This document shows positions 1-12,552 of a stretch of 64,000 nucleotides of DNA, piece after piece. The notes beneath the pieces are model-generated. The model worked only from the letters and a program-made list of their open reading frames with translations, searched no databases and was not told the origin of the DNA. Location: the NCBI RefSeq assembly GCF_006345805.1, contig NC_043000.1:83514001-83578000 (forward strand). Reading direction: 5' to 3'. Each line of letters opens with the position of its first letter. The stretch's first letter is position 1. The stretch comes from Octopus sinensis (taxonomy: Eukaryota). Both the position numbers and the translations under genes were made by a program.

Positions 1-1245
1 AACCAGGCTTTCTTTACTCTGGTTAGGATGTCCGCTCTATTCCTCTCAGAGGGCACAAAAACCCCACTCAGCCTCAGGTCAAACTCGGTAGCTAGCTCGC
101 CCAGAATTCCCAAACGGTCTTTTATCAGTAACTCTGCACCCCCTCTGGTTTGCACCCTCTGCTCGCTGGTAACCACTGATCCAACCAATCTAAGTACAGT
201 GGATGAATTAGTCCAGATCTCGATAGTAAGCATTGCTCCCCACCTCAGGGCCAGATTCAGCCCCTTTAACATGGCATCCAGCTCCACCACGTTGATGTGG
301 TTGCAGCTGTCCTTCCTAAGCTAGGCCGCATCCTCCACCACAACACCTCCAATTTCCAGGACAACTCCCATTCCTATACTACTGGCATCACACCACATGA
401 TCCCATTCTTCAATTTGGGCACATACCAGTTCCCTCTTACTGGGTCTGCAGTCACTCTCTCCAGGACTTCTTGCATCATGGAGGTTGTCTTCTCAGCCAC
501 GTTATCACTCCACCTCACTCCTTCACTTGAAGCTGCATGCCGTCCGGTGCCATCCTGCAATCGGGTAGTGTCCCAGCAACTTCCCTCATACAGAAAACAG
601 TTCCCGCATACTCATCTTGGAGCTCACTTCTGGGATCTCATTCCCTCTCTGAAACACCAATGCACCAGCCTTGTTTCTTCATAGCTTGAGTCCCAGTGCA
701 GTTCCTCCTTCCATCGCCTCCAGCAGTTTGGCAGCTATCCCAAAACTCTTCAGGTGGCTTATGACCTCCTTTGCCGACACTATGCTCTTGTCCACCAAGA
801 TGTCATCAATATAGGAATTGGTGGCTCTTTTCACTTTGTCGGTTTTGAGAATCATCGCCATAATCTTCGGTGCTGAATTCAGCCCGAATCCCAACCTGGT
901 CAGCCAGTATGTCCGTCCCTTACACCTTACCAGCTGATATCTCCACAGTCTCTCAGCCACATGCAGCTGCAGGTATGCCAACTTCAAATCGACAATTGTG
1001 GTGGCCCCTGTCATCTGCCTCCACTCTCTCAAGGTTTTGCTACAAATGTCTGTAGCTCGCTGCCCATATGGCACAATATGTGATCGTTCAGCTCTCAGAA
1101 ATCCAATACAGGCCTGACTTTATGCTTCATCGGCTGCACCACTGCCATCAGTGGTAGCACTCCACTCTCCACTTCCTCCTTTCAAGGAATCAAAATATCT
1201 TCCTTGATCCACTGGCCCACCTCTCCCTCGAACTCACTTTTTTGG
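1..1245 (-). mobile_element. Degenerate Ty3/gypsy-like LTR-retrotransposon pol fragment (RT + RNase H), cut by window edge
   Basis: Minus-strand translation gives RT motifs RPVLDF*ELN, DLKLAYLQLHV, RLGFGLNSAPKIM and SYIDDILV, then RNase H WCDASSIGMGVVLE...HINVVELDAMLKGLNLAL. In-frame stops (LGLKL*) and frameshifts show it is dead. Confidence 0.8.
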
Positions 1246-1254
1246 GGGTTTTCA

Positions 1255-1790
1255 CATCAATGGCTCAGATCTCATCAAGCAGCCCAAATTTTGGTATGAG
1301 TACTGGTGCTGCAGAGAGTTCTGAGACCCAAGTTTTCTTTATTCAGATGTAATATTCTTTAGTGACACATGTTTTGTTACAGGTGCCATTGTAAGATATA
1401 TTTTCATTCACCCCTAGATACCTGTAACATTCCTCGTCAGATACAAGGGAAACAGTTAAATTATTAATGGAGATGTTACTAGCCTAGTTTATAGTTTTCC
1501 CCCTTTTCAAAACCATATAACAACATTTATCCTGACCAAACTCCAATCCGACATCCTTTGAAAATGTTGTAACTAGGTCAAGGCTCTTTTTCATCTCATG
1601 CATATTCTTTGCATAAAGTTGGATCCACAAAGAAACAGTGTGTAATTTTGATATTTCTGTTTCCTTGTGAACCAGTGAGATATTCTTCAAACTTCTTTAA
1701 CATGAATGACAAGGGGGTTTCCGAAAGTATATACAACATCACAGAGAGGTTGTCTCCTTGGATGCATGTATATGTGCAGATTTGTATATT
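1255..1790 (-). mobile_element. Non-LTR retrotransposon RT fragment, R4/Dong-like
   Basis: GDNLSVMLYILSETPLSF, ITHCFFVD, LYAKN...VTTFSKDVGLEFGQDKCCYMVLKRGK and YRYLGVNE match the RT core of RLE-type LINEs; frameshifted. Confidence 0.6.
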
Positions 1791-1839
1791 TTGTTTTGTG
1801 TATGTATTCTCATACATATAGTTGCATATCTAGGCATGC

Positions 1840-2012
1840 TTATATATATTTAAATGATAAACTTCTGGAAGGTTTTACAGATTTTTACAGTTCTAGTGAT
1901 GGATTGGATCTGTAGTCTTCAAATCAGCTTTCTCCATTCTGTTTTTGAGAAGCCTAATTTCTCAAGATTGGAATTAAGGCAGTGCGTTACATAGCCCAGG
2001 GCCCCAATAATT
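1840..2012 (-). mobile_element. C-terminal (RLE endonuclease end) fragment of R4/Dong-like LINE
   Basis: IPVIIGALGYVTHCLNSNLEKLGFSK...IRRLQIQSI.RTVKICKTFQKFII* resembles the terminal segment of RLE-bearing LINEs. Confidence 0.5.
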
Positions 2013-2063
2013 ACAGGTATAAACATGTATGTATGTATGTACACACAAAAACAGACAGATATG

Positions 2064-2112
<49 letters not shown>

Positions 2113-3555
2113 TTACATTACTGTCTTGAGTCCTAGGACTACTAGGGCCATTTACCTGGTTTCCATATCATATAAGGGACTGCAATCCCAACGTTCCCTT
2201 AATGGAATGCCAGTCCATCACAGGATTTTTCATTTACAACAGAGTGGACTGGAATAACTCAGCATGAAGTGTTTTGCTAAAGAACCAACACACTGCCTGG
2301 TCAAGGAATTGAAACTGTGATCTGTGATTGTGTACAACACCCTAACCACCAGTAAATGAGCCTTCACTATATACACACACACACTTGAATATTTTCTTTC
2401 ATTCTTTTCTTTTGCTTGTTTCAATCATTGGTCTGCAGCTATGCTTGAGCATTGCTTTGAATAGTTTATTCAAACAAATTGTTCTCAGAATTTAAGCCTG
2501 CTAGTTATTCTATTGGCCTCTTTTGCCAAACTTCTATGTTATGGGAATGTAAACAAGCTGACACTGGTTGTCACTTAGTGCTGATGGATGAACACAAATA
2601 CAGTGACACACTCACATATGCATACACACACATGCACACACACACACTTGTGTGATGGGCTTCCACACAGTTTCAAGTTCACCCACAATGCATTGGCTGG
2701 CCTGGAGCTACAATAGAAGACACTTGCCCAAGGTGCTTCACAGTGGGACTGATCCCCAAACCACACGGTTGCAAAGTGAGCTTCTAAACCACTCAACATT
2801 ACTTTCAAGTATTTCCTTTTTTTTATAAGAAATATTTTCTCTTTTACAATGCTAGTGGAATAAATTTAAAAAATTAAGCCATTCAGCAATTAAAGAAAAA
2901 TCCTTAATAATGGTTTGAAATTTTGGCATAAGACCAGCAATTTCAGTAGATGGGGCAAATTGATTACATTGACCCCAGTGTTCAACTGGTATTTATTTTC
3001 TTGACCCTGGTAGGATGAAAGGTAAAGTCAACCTTGGCGGAATTTGAATTCAAAGCGTAAGGACATTTTGCCCAGTGTGCTAATGATTCTGCCAGCCTGC
3101 TACCTTGAAATCTGTAATAATCCTTTCTGCTGTAGGCATAAGGTCTGAAATTTTGGGTGTGGTGGCTAAGTTGATTACATCGACCCTAGTACTTGATTAG
3201 TACTTATTTTATCAAATCTAAAAGGATGAAAAGCAAAGTCAATGTTGGTGGAATTTGAACTCAGAACATAAAGACTTGACAAAATGCCACTAAGCATTTT
3301 GCCCAGCATGTTAACAGTTCTACCAGCTCACTGCCGTAATGTTTTCTATTTTGGCACAAGGCCAGCAATTTCAGGGGAAGGGGTAAGTTGATTATATCAA
3401 CTCCAGTGTTCAACTGGAACTTATTTTATTGACCCCAATAGGATGAAAGGCAAAATGCTGCTAAGCATTTTGCCTGGCATGTTAACAATTTTCTCAGCTC
3501 ATTGCCTTGAAATCTGTAATAATAACATTTAACATACTTACATATATGTAAGTGT

Positions 3556-3851
3556 GGAGGCACATGGCCTAGTGGTTAGAGCAGCAAACTCGGGATCGTG
3601 GGTTTGAATCTCAGACTGGGTGATGTGTGTTTTTATGAGTGAAACACCTAAGCTCCACACGGCTCTGGCAGAAGGTAATGGCAAACTTCTGCTGACTCTT
3701 TTGCCACAACTTTCTCTCACTCTTTTCTCCTGCATCTTGTAGCTCACCTGCGACGGACCGGCATCCCGTCCAGGTGGGGAACCTATATGCCATGGAAACC
3801 GGGAAACTGGCCCTATGAACCAGGCATGGCTTGAGAAGGAACAAACAACAA
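3556..3851 (+). mobile_element. tRNA-derived SINE (family with CTGCGAYGGACYGGCATCCCGTCCAGG central domain)
   Basis: tRNA-like head (GGCCTAGTGGTTAGAGC...GGTTTGAATCTC), conserved-looking central domain resembling V-type SINE cores, (AAC)n-like tail. Confidence 0.65.
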
Positions 3852-4249
3852 AAGGCAGCAAGCTTTCAGAATCATTATCATGCTATGCAAAATGTTTAGC
3901 GGCATTTTGCCTCTCTTCGTGCTTTGAGTTCAAATTCTGCCAAGGTTGACTTTGCTTTGCAATCCTTCAAGGTTGATTAAATAAGTACCAGTTGAACACT
4001 GAGGTCAATGTAATTGTCTTATCCCCCACCCCCAAATCGCTGGCCTTGTGGCAAAATTTGAAACCAGTATATTTACATATTTGTTTCTCTTGCTTGGGAT
4101 ATGAAAGTGTAATATTTCCAGATTGTTTTGGTTTTATTATCAGTTACATAGTTATATGTACCTTAACCAAAGATCCTACACTTGTATGTATCTAAAACCA
4201 AAGATCACTGAGAAATTAATAATAAGAAAAAAAGGGTACACACATTTAA

Positions 4250-4470
4250 CCCTTTCGTTACCATCCCAGCTGAAACCGGGTCTGGCTCTGAGTAAAAATG
4301 TCTTGTTTTCATAAGTTTTGAAAAAAAGATCTTCCACCAAACCTTAGTCACAATTTATGTTCCTAACACTAGCTGAATGATAGCTAAGTTATTTTACTAA
4401 ATTCTTTGTTATATTTAAAGTAATTGAAAGGAACACAGAGCATCTCAAAATAAATACAGTAACGAAAGGG
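4250..4470 (+). mobile_element. piggyBac-type MITE, family A
   Basis: TTAA|CCCTTTCGTTAC ... GTAACGAAAGGG|TTAA: terminal inverted repeats with TTAA TSD. Related copies at 13962-15341 (split), 37666-37869, ~50780-51000 and 56044-56228. Confidence 0.8.
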
Positions 4471-4865
4471 TTAAAGAACGAATTTTTATTCATTTGATCA
4501 GGTCTATCCATTCTTGAGATCCCATCTAGCAGTTGTATATGTTCCTATGGCAAACCAATAGAAATCATTTTGATATTAGGTTTAAAAGCTGTATTAGTTT
4601 GTTAAACAAACTATTACAGTGGTATTTACGAACACATGATACAAGTCAAGTGTGTCAGATATTTTATGGTTGAGTGAATAGTAAGGGAGATGGTTGTGAA
4701 AGAATGCAGAAGGCATGTCAACCTTCTCACATTGTGTAGGAATCTCTAGCATTCATGCAATTTAGGAATTCTTGCATATTTTCTGTGTTTGATATGGACT
4801 ATCTTTTAGCTTATTCTGAAGTATGCACAAAAAAAAAAAATCTAAACAGGACCCTCTTTTTTTAA

Positions 4866-5085
4866 CCCTTTAGCATTCACATTACTCAGTCAAATGTGAT
4901 GCTTATTTGCTCCCATTATTTTGAATTTATAAAGCATTATCATGTAGATTTGAAATTTTGATCAAGTAACTATTTATTTTTAGAATGACATTGTTAGGTG
5001 GGTGCGAGAGGCCAGATCTGGCTGGTTTGAACATAAAACAAGTAGAATATTTTTGCTAGATAAGGCTGATTTAAATGCTAAAGGG
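4866..5085 (+). mobile_element. piggyBac-type MITE, family B
   Basis: TTAA|CCCTTTAGCATT ... AATGCTAAAGGG|TTGA; decayed relative at ~63450-63660. Confidence 0.7.
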
Positions 5086-6504
5086 TTGATGTAAAACTGG
5101 TAATGTCCCTCAGCACATCACATTACTTCCTTTATTTCAATCAGTCCTGGAAATGACTTTAAACTGCACTCAGAAGTGAGGTCCTAGTTGGGAGTTCCAG
5201 GGTTTTGAGGAGTGTGGAACCATGTCTTAATCACTATTATTCCCAGCTCTGCTCTGACCCAAAGTAGTAACACCTGTCACGGTCCCACATATGGGTTAAT
5301 TAACAAGTCAGTCAAGTAGATAGAGCTCGTGATGGCACTGGTACCAAATTGCAATGGTCATGCTGTTCTTTTGAATTCATCAGTGACATAGAGAAGGGGG
5401 ACTTGCTGCATGGGAAACAACCTGTCCTCCATATCATATTGCCCAGGCTTGGATTCTATCAAACACTCTCTGCTGGAGAGATAGAACTGAATAAATAGCA
5501 CCGGGACAACCCACAAGTGCAGCTTGTGTGACAGTGACTGCCATTCATGCATTGAACTGCTTAGCTACAGGCAATACAGTTCTAGGAGAGTGGACAACTA
5601 GGACTTTCATCCATGATCATCTACGACAGAGGATAGAAAAAAAAATATCAACCAGGTTTAAAGATGCATGTCATTTCAACATTGAAAACTTTGGGGGTAA
5701 ATTTATTAAACTAGATATCATTTAAACAAAATATTTTATTTGAAGAGACAACATCACCTACTATCATGCTGTCATAGTGCTGGCTACCTTCCATGCCATA
5801 CCACCCTTAACATATAAAGCATGGCTTAGATGCTACAGGCTTCCCTTCCTAGTTTGAGCTAGCAGAGCTAGACTAAGAGGACAGTAAAAGGCTGGACAGC
5901 CTCACAATTTTCCCATTCTGTGATTGGTAGGTCCCTCATCTGGGATGCCATCTGCTATGACACCTTCTCCAATGGCAACTTGGTGTGGTCAGCTACCAAC
6001 TCAGGCTCTGCTGCTTGTTAGGCTGAGAAAAGAAAACTATCAACATATTGGTTGCTCTCTGACAGGTTTATGGTGTCCTCCCCCTGCCTGGACCATATCC
6101 CTGCTCACTGCTATTAAGATGGAGATGGTTGTCTGTGAGTGTGAGCCCTGTGAGTCAGAGTGGCTGTTCCTGCATATCTCCCTTGTCATCCTCCAGGACA
6201 ATGTCTTTTCCAGTTTATCTGCTGGGGCCATGTGAAATGTTTCTTAATAAAGATATATAAACAAGAGAAGCTGAAGGGAGGAAGAAATAAGATAAAAAAA
6301 AAAAGAATAAAAGCAGTACCTGTTACTACAAAACTGAAAGAAATCACAGATGTCTTTATTAGGATTATAACTTAAATCCACTAACACACAGTTCAATGTA
6401 GTTAATATCTCAGAGTTGAGTAAATGTTAGTCTTTGCAAAGCAGGCATGGCTGTGTGATAAGGGGTTTCCTTCCTAGCTGCATGGTTTGGGGTTCAGTTC
6501 CACT

Positions 6505-6678
6505 GTTAGATTCACTTCAACATTTAAATTTAATTTACCAAAATATTTTCGTTGCTTTGAGACTGTGACCTGTTCACTGACAAGATGCAGCACGGAATTT
6601 TGTCAGTAAACAGGTTGCGGTCTCAAAGCGACGAAAATATTTTGGCAAATTAAATTTAAATGTTGAAGTGAATCTAAC
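6505..6678. repeat. Long fold-back palindrome (~79-bp arms, 16-nt loop), part of a dispersed repeat
   Basis: GTTAGATTCACTTCAACATTTAAATT...CTGACAA [gatgcagcacggaatt] TTGTCAG...AATTTAAATGTTGAAGTGAATCTAAC; a one-armed relative lies at ~32216-32365. Confidence 0.85.
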
Positions 6679-6790
6679 GGGTTTTATGTGTTTCTTAAAT
6701 GACTTATAAACACCTTCCATGCTGCAATTGTTTTCGTTCCAGCACATGATCTCAGATCAGGTCACTTGCTATGCAAGTACATCTCTGTAA

Positions 6791-6834
<44 letters not shown>

Positions 6835-6873
6835 TATATACGCACACACACATGTATACACACATATGCATAC

Positions 6874-6905
<32 letters not shown>

Positions 6906-7122
6906 CATGTGCGCACACACGTATTCATATCTTCCTCTTCCTATTCTGAGCGTCTCTGTTTCTGTCTACTAAATCTGCTGACAAGGCTTTGGACTGAGGC
7001 TAAAGCAGAAAACGCTTGCCCAATATGCAAACGTCTTCTATAGTTTCTTAGTTGAATGGCAGACAGACAGACAGACAGACAGATGGATAGATGGTTAAAT
7101 AGATAGTAGATGGATAGATAGA

Positions 7123-7158
<36 letters not shown>

Positions 7159-7479
7159 TCGACTGACCGACGGACAGACAGACAGGCAGATAGATGAATG
7201 GATTATGCTGCTGAAGAGAAAAACATATATTGAGTTCTGTTCTTCATCAGATATATTGATCTTTGCTGCAATATGCCCAGACCTATATGTATATGGGTAT
7301 GGGTAAATAGCCCTGCTCAGTATGTCGGAAAGGAGTCGGGAGTAATTCCATTTGTTGCACCCAGTGTAAGCTATAGACACATAAGTGATGTAGTTGAATA
7401 ATAGGTAGATTAACAGAAGTTGTCTTTGTGTGTGGCAGATGTGTAGGAACAATATGCACTCAGGACACACAGGAATTAG

Positions 7480-7950
7480 ACTCTCTCAAATGCCCTGGAG
7501 GATTTTTTTGAGGTTGTGGATAGTTTCTGTGACCTGGGTAAGCAAATTATAAATTTTGGAGGATGTTCTGAAAGTATTGTTGCTAGAATAAGTATAGCAT
7601 GGAGGAAGTTCAGAGAGCTATTATCTCTGTTGGCTAAAAAAGGACTCGCTCTCAGAGTGAAAGGTAGATTGTCTGATGGTTGTGTATGAAAGGCTATTCT
7701 CCATTGTAGTGAGGGAAAAACCCTGAATGCAGAAGACATACATAGACCCCATAGGAATGAAGCTAGTATGCTCTGCTGCATGTGCAGCATCAGTATGCAT
7801 GTACAACTAAGTGCAAATAAGCCGAGAGAAAAGTTGGGCATAAGAGGAATCAGATGCAGCATGCAAGGGAGAAGACTATGTTGGTTTGGATATGCGATGC
7901 ATATGAATGTAAACAGTTGTATAAAAAAGTGCCAATCGCTGCACAGAGGA
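7480..7950 (+). mobile_element. RTE-clade LINE ORF2 C-terminal fragment
   Basis: EVVDSFCDLG...ARISIAWRKFRELLSLL...LRVKGRL...RNEASMLCCMCSIS...RRLCWFGYAMHM; stops and frameshifts. Confidence 0.75.
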
Positions 7951-8980
7951 GATGACAATGAACTGGGATGTCTGGTGATATTGAGTTCTTGAGAAGACCT
8001 ATCCACCTCAGTAAAACTGAGTTCTTGGAGTATTGTGTGTTCCACCCACATGTAACAGTGAAAGAAAACAAAATACATACACTCTACCCCAACAAACAAA
8101 ATATCTCCTCTTTTTTATGTATTATGCTTATACTTATCTTTCGCTTCCCAATCCTGTCCTCACTACTCTGCTCCCTGTGTCCTTGCTATCTTGTTGTTCC
8201 CCACCTCATGAGTCACTGCGTTACCACCCCCTCCACTCTTTGCATTCTTGTGTAGTCCTTACTCCCTACTCATGCACCCTTGACAATACTCTACCATCCC
8301 ATTTATATTCTGATCCTTGTACTTTCAGGGTATGCCCTGGCACATCACCACCATCTCTGTCACTCTCTCTTGCATTTTCACCCTCTCACTCTCTTCCACT
8401 ATCTCTCTCATTTTTGATCACTCTCTCTCTCTTTTGTTCTCTCCCTCTGACTGGGTAACCATGTATCTCCTTTACAACAACACACCTGTTTCTGTCCTCA
8501 TTTTTGATCTCTCTCCCTCTCTCTCTGTCTCGTTTGCTCTCTCCCTCTGACTAGGTACCCATGTATCTTCACTACATCAAGATACCTGCTTTTATCTCAA
8601 TGTCACACTTTAACCTTTCTTCACCTGACATAAGGCCACCTCCTCTCAAAGGATCTTTGTCTTATAAGTTACTTGGTGCCATGGCCATGCTTGTGCATCT
8701 GGTACACACTGTAAAGTGGTTGGTCTTTAGAAAGGCATCCAACTGTAAAATCCATGCCAAAACAGGCTTCACCATTGCTGGTGCCACGTAAAAAGCGCTC
8801 TGTCCACTCTGTAAAGTGGTTGATGTGAGGAAAGGCATCCAGCCATAAAAACCCTGGCAAAACAGACAGTGAAATCTGGTGCAGTTTTTGCCGTAGCCAA
8901 CCCTTGTCAAACTGTCCAACTAATGCCAGCTGAAAGCAGACTTTAAATGATGATGATGTATATATATATATGTGTATGTG

Positions 8981-9035
<55 letters not shown>

Positions 9036-9116
9036 ATGTATGTGTGTGCACATATATATATATATATACACATACACACATAAGTATACATTTACATGCA
9101 TACGTACATAGGCATA

Positions 9117-10080
9117 TAAGTGCTAATGTAGCTGTGTGATACGAAGCTTGCTTTCCAACCACATGGTTGCTGGTTCAGTCCCACAGTGTGGCACCTTGGA
9201 TAAGTGTCTTTTACTATAGCCTTGGATTGGTCAAAGCTTTATGAGTGAATTTGGTAGATGGAAACTGAAAAAAGGCCTTCATATATATATGCATATGATA
9301 CCCGTGCTGGTGGCACGTTGGGCCTCACAGAGGAAATGACGAAGACCGAGACCTCTGAGATATGCTGTGACTATGAAGACCCAACAAATGAAGTGAGTTC
9401 ATGGCTCGAAGGATGGCTTGCTGTGCTAACCTTGGATCATAGAGTGACCCGCTGTTCTTGAGGAGACCTATTGAGTCAAGTACATCAACACCAACATAAA
9501 AAAAAAAATCAAATGGAAATTGTAGTTAAGATACCCGTGCTGGTGGCACGTAAAAAGTACCATCCGAATGTGGCTGATGTCAGCGCCGCCTGACTGGCGT
9601 CCTTGTCAGTGACACGTAAAAAGCACCAACCGATCGCGGCCGTTTGCCAGCCTCCTCTGGCTCCTGTGCCGGTGGCATGTAAAAAGCACCCGCTACACTC
9701 ACGGAGTGGTTGGCGTTAGGAAGTGCATCCAGCTGTAGAAACACTGCCAGATCAGACTGGAGCCTGGCACAGCCTCCTGGCTTCCCAGACCCCAGTCGAA
9801 CCGTCCAACCCATGCTAGCATGGAAAACGGACGTTAAACGATGATGATGATGATAATATATGTGTGTGTATGTCTGTGTGTGTTTGTGTCTGTGTTTGTA
9901 CCCCACTACCGCTTGACAACAGGTGTCAGTATGTTTACGTCCCCGTAACTTAGCGGTTCGACAAAAGTGACCGACAGAATAAGTACCAGGCTTTAAAAAA
10001 AACAATAAGTACCAGGCTTTAAAAAAAACAATAAGTACTTGGATCGATTCATTCGACTAAAAATTCTTCAAGGCGGTGTC
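9117..10080 (+). mobile_element. tRNA-derived (CORE-like) SINE split by an RTE 3'-end insertion (9298-9856)
   Basis: SINE head (GCTGTGTG...GGTTCAGTCCCAC...GGCACCTTGGATAAGTGTC) ends at the (TA)n. Then RTE ORF2 end (LGLTEEMTK...) + 3'UTR + (GAT)n, then the SINE 3' half (TGTGTTTGT...CGCTTGACAAC...AAGGCGGTG). An uninterrupted reference copy is at 18426-18793. Confidence 0.75.
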
Positions 10081-10254
10081 TAGTGAAGGGGATAAAAGAT
10101 AATATATACACACACGAATAAGTACATCAGTGCAAAACAAGGTGGAAAATAATATTATTCAAACACTTAAGGTAGAATAAAATCTCCACAAAGTACTACT
10201 CAAAGTTTTATGTTATCGTTCGTCGGACAGTTAGTTATATGTATGCAATATATA

Positions 10255-10255
10255 A

Positions 10256-10330
<75 letters not shown>

Positions 10331-10456
10331 CATCCGTCCGTCCGTCCTTCCATACATACATACATACATACATACATACATACATACATGCATGCATGCA
10401 TGCATACATGCATGCATGCATGCATGCATGCATGCATGCATACATACATACATACA
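10255..10456. repeat. Compound microsatellite (TA)n-(CCRT)n-(ATAC)n-(ATGC)n
   Basis: Directly visible; source of several spurious ORFs in the track. Confidence 0.95.
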
Positions 10457-11224
10457 TCAGTGTTTTCATGTCTGTCCGTTGTGGGTGGGGGAATAGCGGA
10501 GGTGGGTGGGTACTAATAATGATCTGACCTTGTACACGCGAGATAATTTCGCTGCTAAAATAAATTAGATGCAGTTATTTTCATTATATTTAAAATTCGT
10601 GGAAATGCTGATACACTGTTTACTGACCCGAATTCTTTTTCTGTGTCTGCCCGAACTGAAATGCTTATTATATGTGATAGAGACATTATATAATAAACTG
10701 ATACTTCTTATTTTTCTTAGAACCCTTCTTCAACACCTATTGCAGTTCTCTCAGTCTGGATATATTGTTATTTAGCCCCGTGTTAATTATAACTGAGCAG
10801 AATTCGCAGCAATGGTGTTCTAGTCAAGGCCAATTCATCTTTTGAATATCTACGACTACATTATTTAACGTGTCCCTCTCTTTTCAAAACGGTGGGAGAT
10901 TTGGTTGATATTTCTAGCAGACGACCAACTCTAAAGAGGCTTTCTCTGTTGATTCGACCAGGATATTACTTCGTCTGCTATTAATTGGAGCCCCAGTTTA
11001 ACGATGATCGAGTAGATCTGGCTATGGCCATACCGTCTTTTATGCAAGCCGTGTAACACTATGTTATGATTTAATATATTCTATATTGACAGAAGTATGT
11101 GATTTGAAGAAGATTTGGCTGCCATTTCTAGCAAATGCTGCGTAGTATCTCCTTCGTTGTCTCGATTGTGGTAGCGGTGGTGGTTATTATGGTATTAGAG
11201 ATGTGAAGAGAGGACAGCACAGTC

Positions 11225-11407
11225 GTAGGAGAGAGATAGGTAGAAATATAGAGACGGAGAGAGAGAGAGCGAAAGAACAATAGATAGGGTGAGAGAGAGC
11301 CAGAGAAGATGAGAGAAAGTGAGAGAGAGAGAGAGAGAGAGTGAGAAAGAGAGAGTGAGAGAGAGATCGAGAGAATAACGACAACATGTGATATGTAAAC
11401 AGTAATC
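11225..11407 (+). promoter_or_regulatory. Probable EPG5 promoter/5'UTR: (GA)n-rich tract inside a CpG-retaining zone
   Basis: (GA)n runs immediately upstream of the ATG at 11408; CpG dinucleotides are visibly frequent from ~9500 to ~13350 and scarce in flanking regions. TSS not determinable. Confidence 0.5.
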
Positions 11408-11443
11408 ATGGCGGAGGCAGCACGCCCGAAGACGAAAACAAGA
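11408..11443 (+). CDS. EPG5: EPG5 coding exon 1 (MAEAARPKTKTR)
   Basis: ATC ATG GCG (good Kozak context), 12 codons, then GTAAGA donor in phase 0. Resembles the vertebrate EPG5 start (MAEAVKP...KTK) and joins in frame to LKKKKKE at 38501. Confidence 0.8.
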
Positions 11444-11581
11444 GTAAGATATTTCTACTTCGCTTATATATATTTCAGCATTTACGCAGTTTGATCTTCA
11501 GTCATTTTTATAATTTATTCCTTGGTCCTTTAACATTCAAGAAACCAATATTCTCTCTCACACTGATACACATTCACACAT

Positions 11582-11623
<42 letters not shown>

Positions 11624-12497
11624 TTCGGAATACACACACACTCATAAATGTACATATGTAAATGGAATTAATTGCATGCAATTATATTTTGATTAGCATT
11701 GAATGTTGTTATTTTGAAAACAGTATTTCATTTTCGTTTGGAGGGAAATAATAGATCACAACCCTTTTATAAAATAATGAATGAAAGAAAGTGATAGTTA
11801 TTGTTTAATGGTGACTTAAGGTAAAATCGTAGTAAATAATCCACCTGATTGTAGGGTGCATATATTTTGTTCACACTAATATATATAAATATATCCGACA
11901 ACTGAATGTTCTTGGTGATTTTTCCACTAATGTACCTACTTCAGTTGCCCAGTTATTTATATATATATATATATACGCACATACAGACGATGTCTACGTA
12001 TACATACATATAAATTGTCTGTTGTTAGTGGTTTTGTACATTTCTCTACCCGTATTGTTTAGGTGAAATTATACATTGTAACAACGTCCTTTACTGGTAT
12101 CACGATATATATATATATATATAAGAAAAATATTATCTATTATTTATCAAATGTGGAAACTTGGAGGATGAAAAAAATATCAATTGCAGAAATGGAAAAT
12201 CTTAGGCATCAAATTCGATAGCAGTAGTCTTTTCTTTTAGTATAATTTCCTACATTTTATTTTAGAGTGGTTGTATCGATTACAAATGTTGTTTCTGACA
12301 GTGAAAGGGTTGTTTTTTCGCCATCTATTTTACTTCGGAATAATTCCAGCTTTTTCCCCGCTCCAAATTAGTTTACTCTAAACATCTTTACAGTTTACTA
12401 TGGATAAATTAAAACAAATTACGAATCATGCCCAGAATATATATTTGTGTGATTGAATGCAATTATCGTGAAACACGCGTATGTTTGCTTGTATGTG

Positions 12498-12552
<55 letters not shown>

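Noticed and set aside
5900-6240. Overlapping 60-100-aa ORFs in a GC-richer patch
   Set aside because: No recognisable domain or splice frame; most likely an old unclassified repeat fragment.
6766-10527. Many ORFs of YIYIYI / CVCVCV / HTHTHT / MHACMH type (here and throughout the window)
   Set aside because: Stop-free reading of (TA)n, (TG)n, (CA)n and (ATGC)n microsatellites; no coding signal.
11135-11206. 23-aa hydrophobic upstream ORF (MLRSISFVVSIVVAVVVIMVLEM)
   Set aside because: Hydrophobicity comes from a (GGT)n-like tract, and it may lie upstream of the TSS; no independent support.
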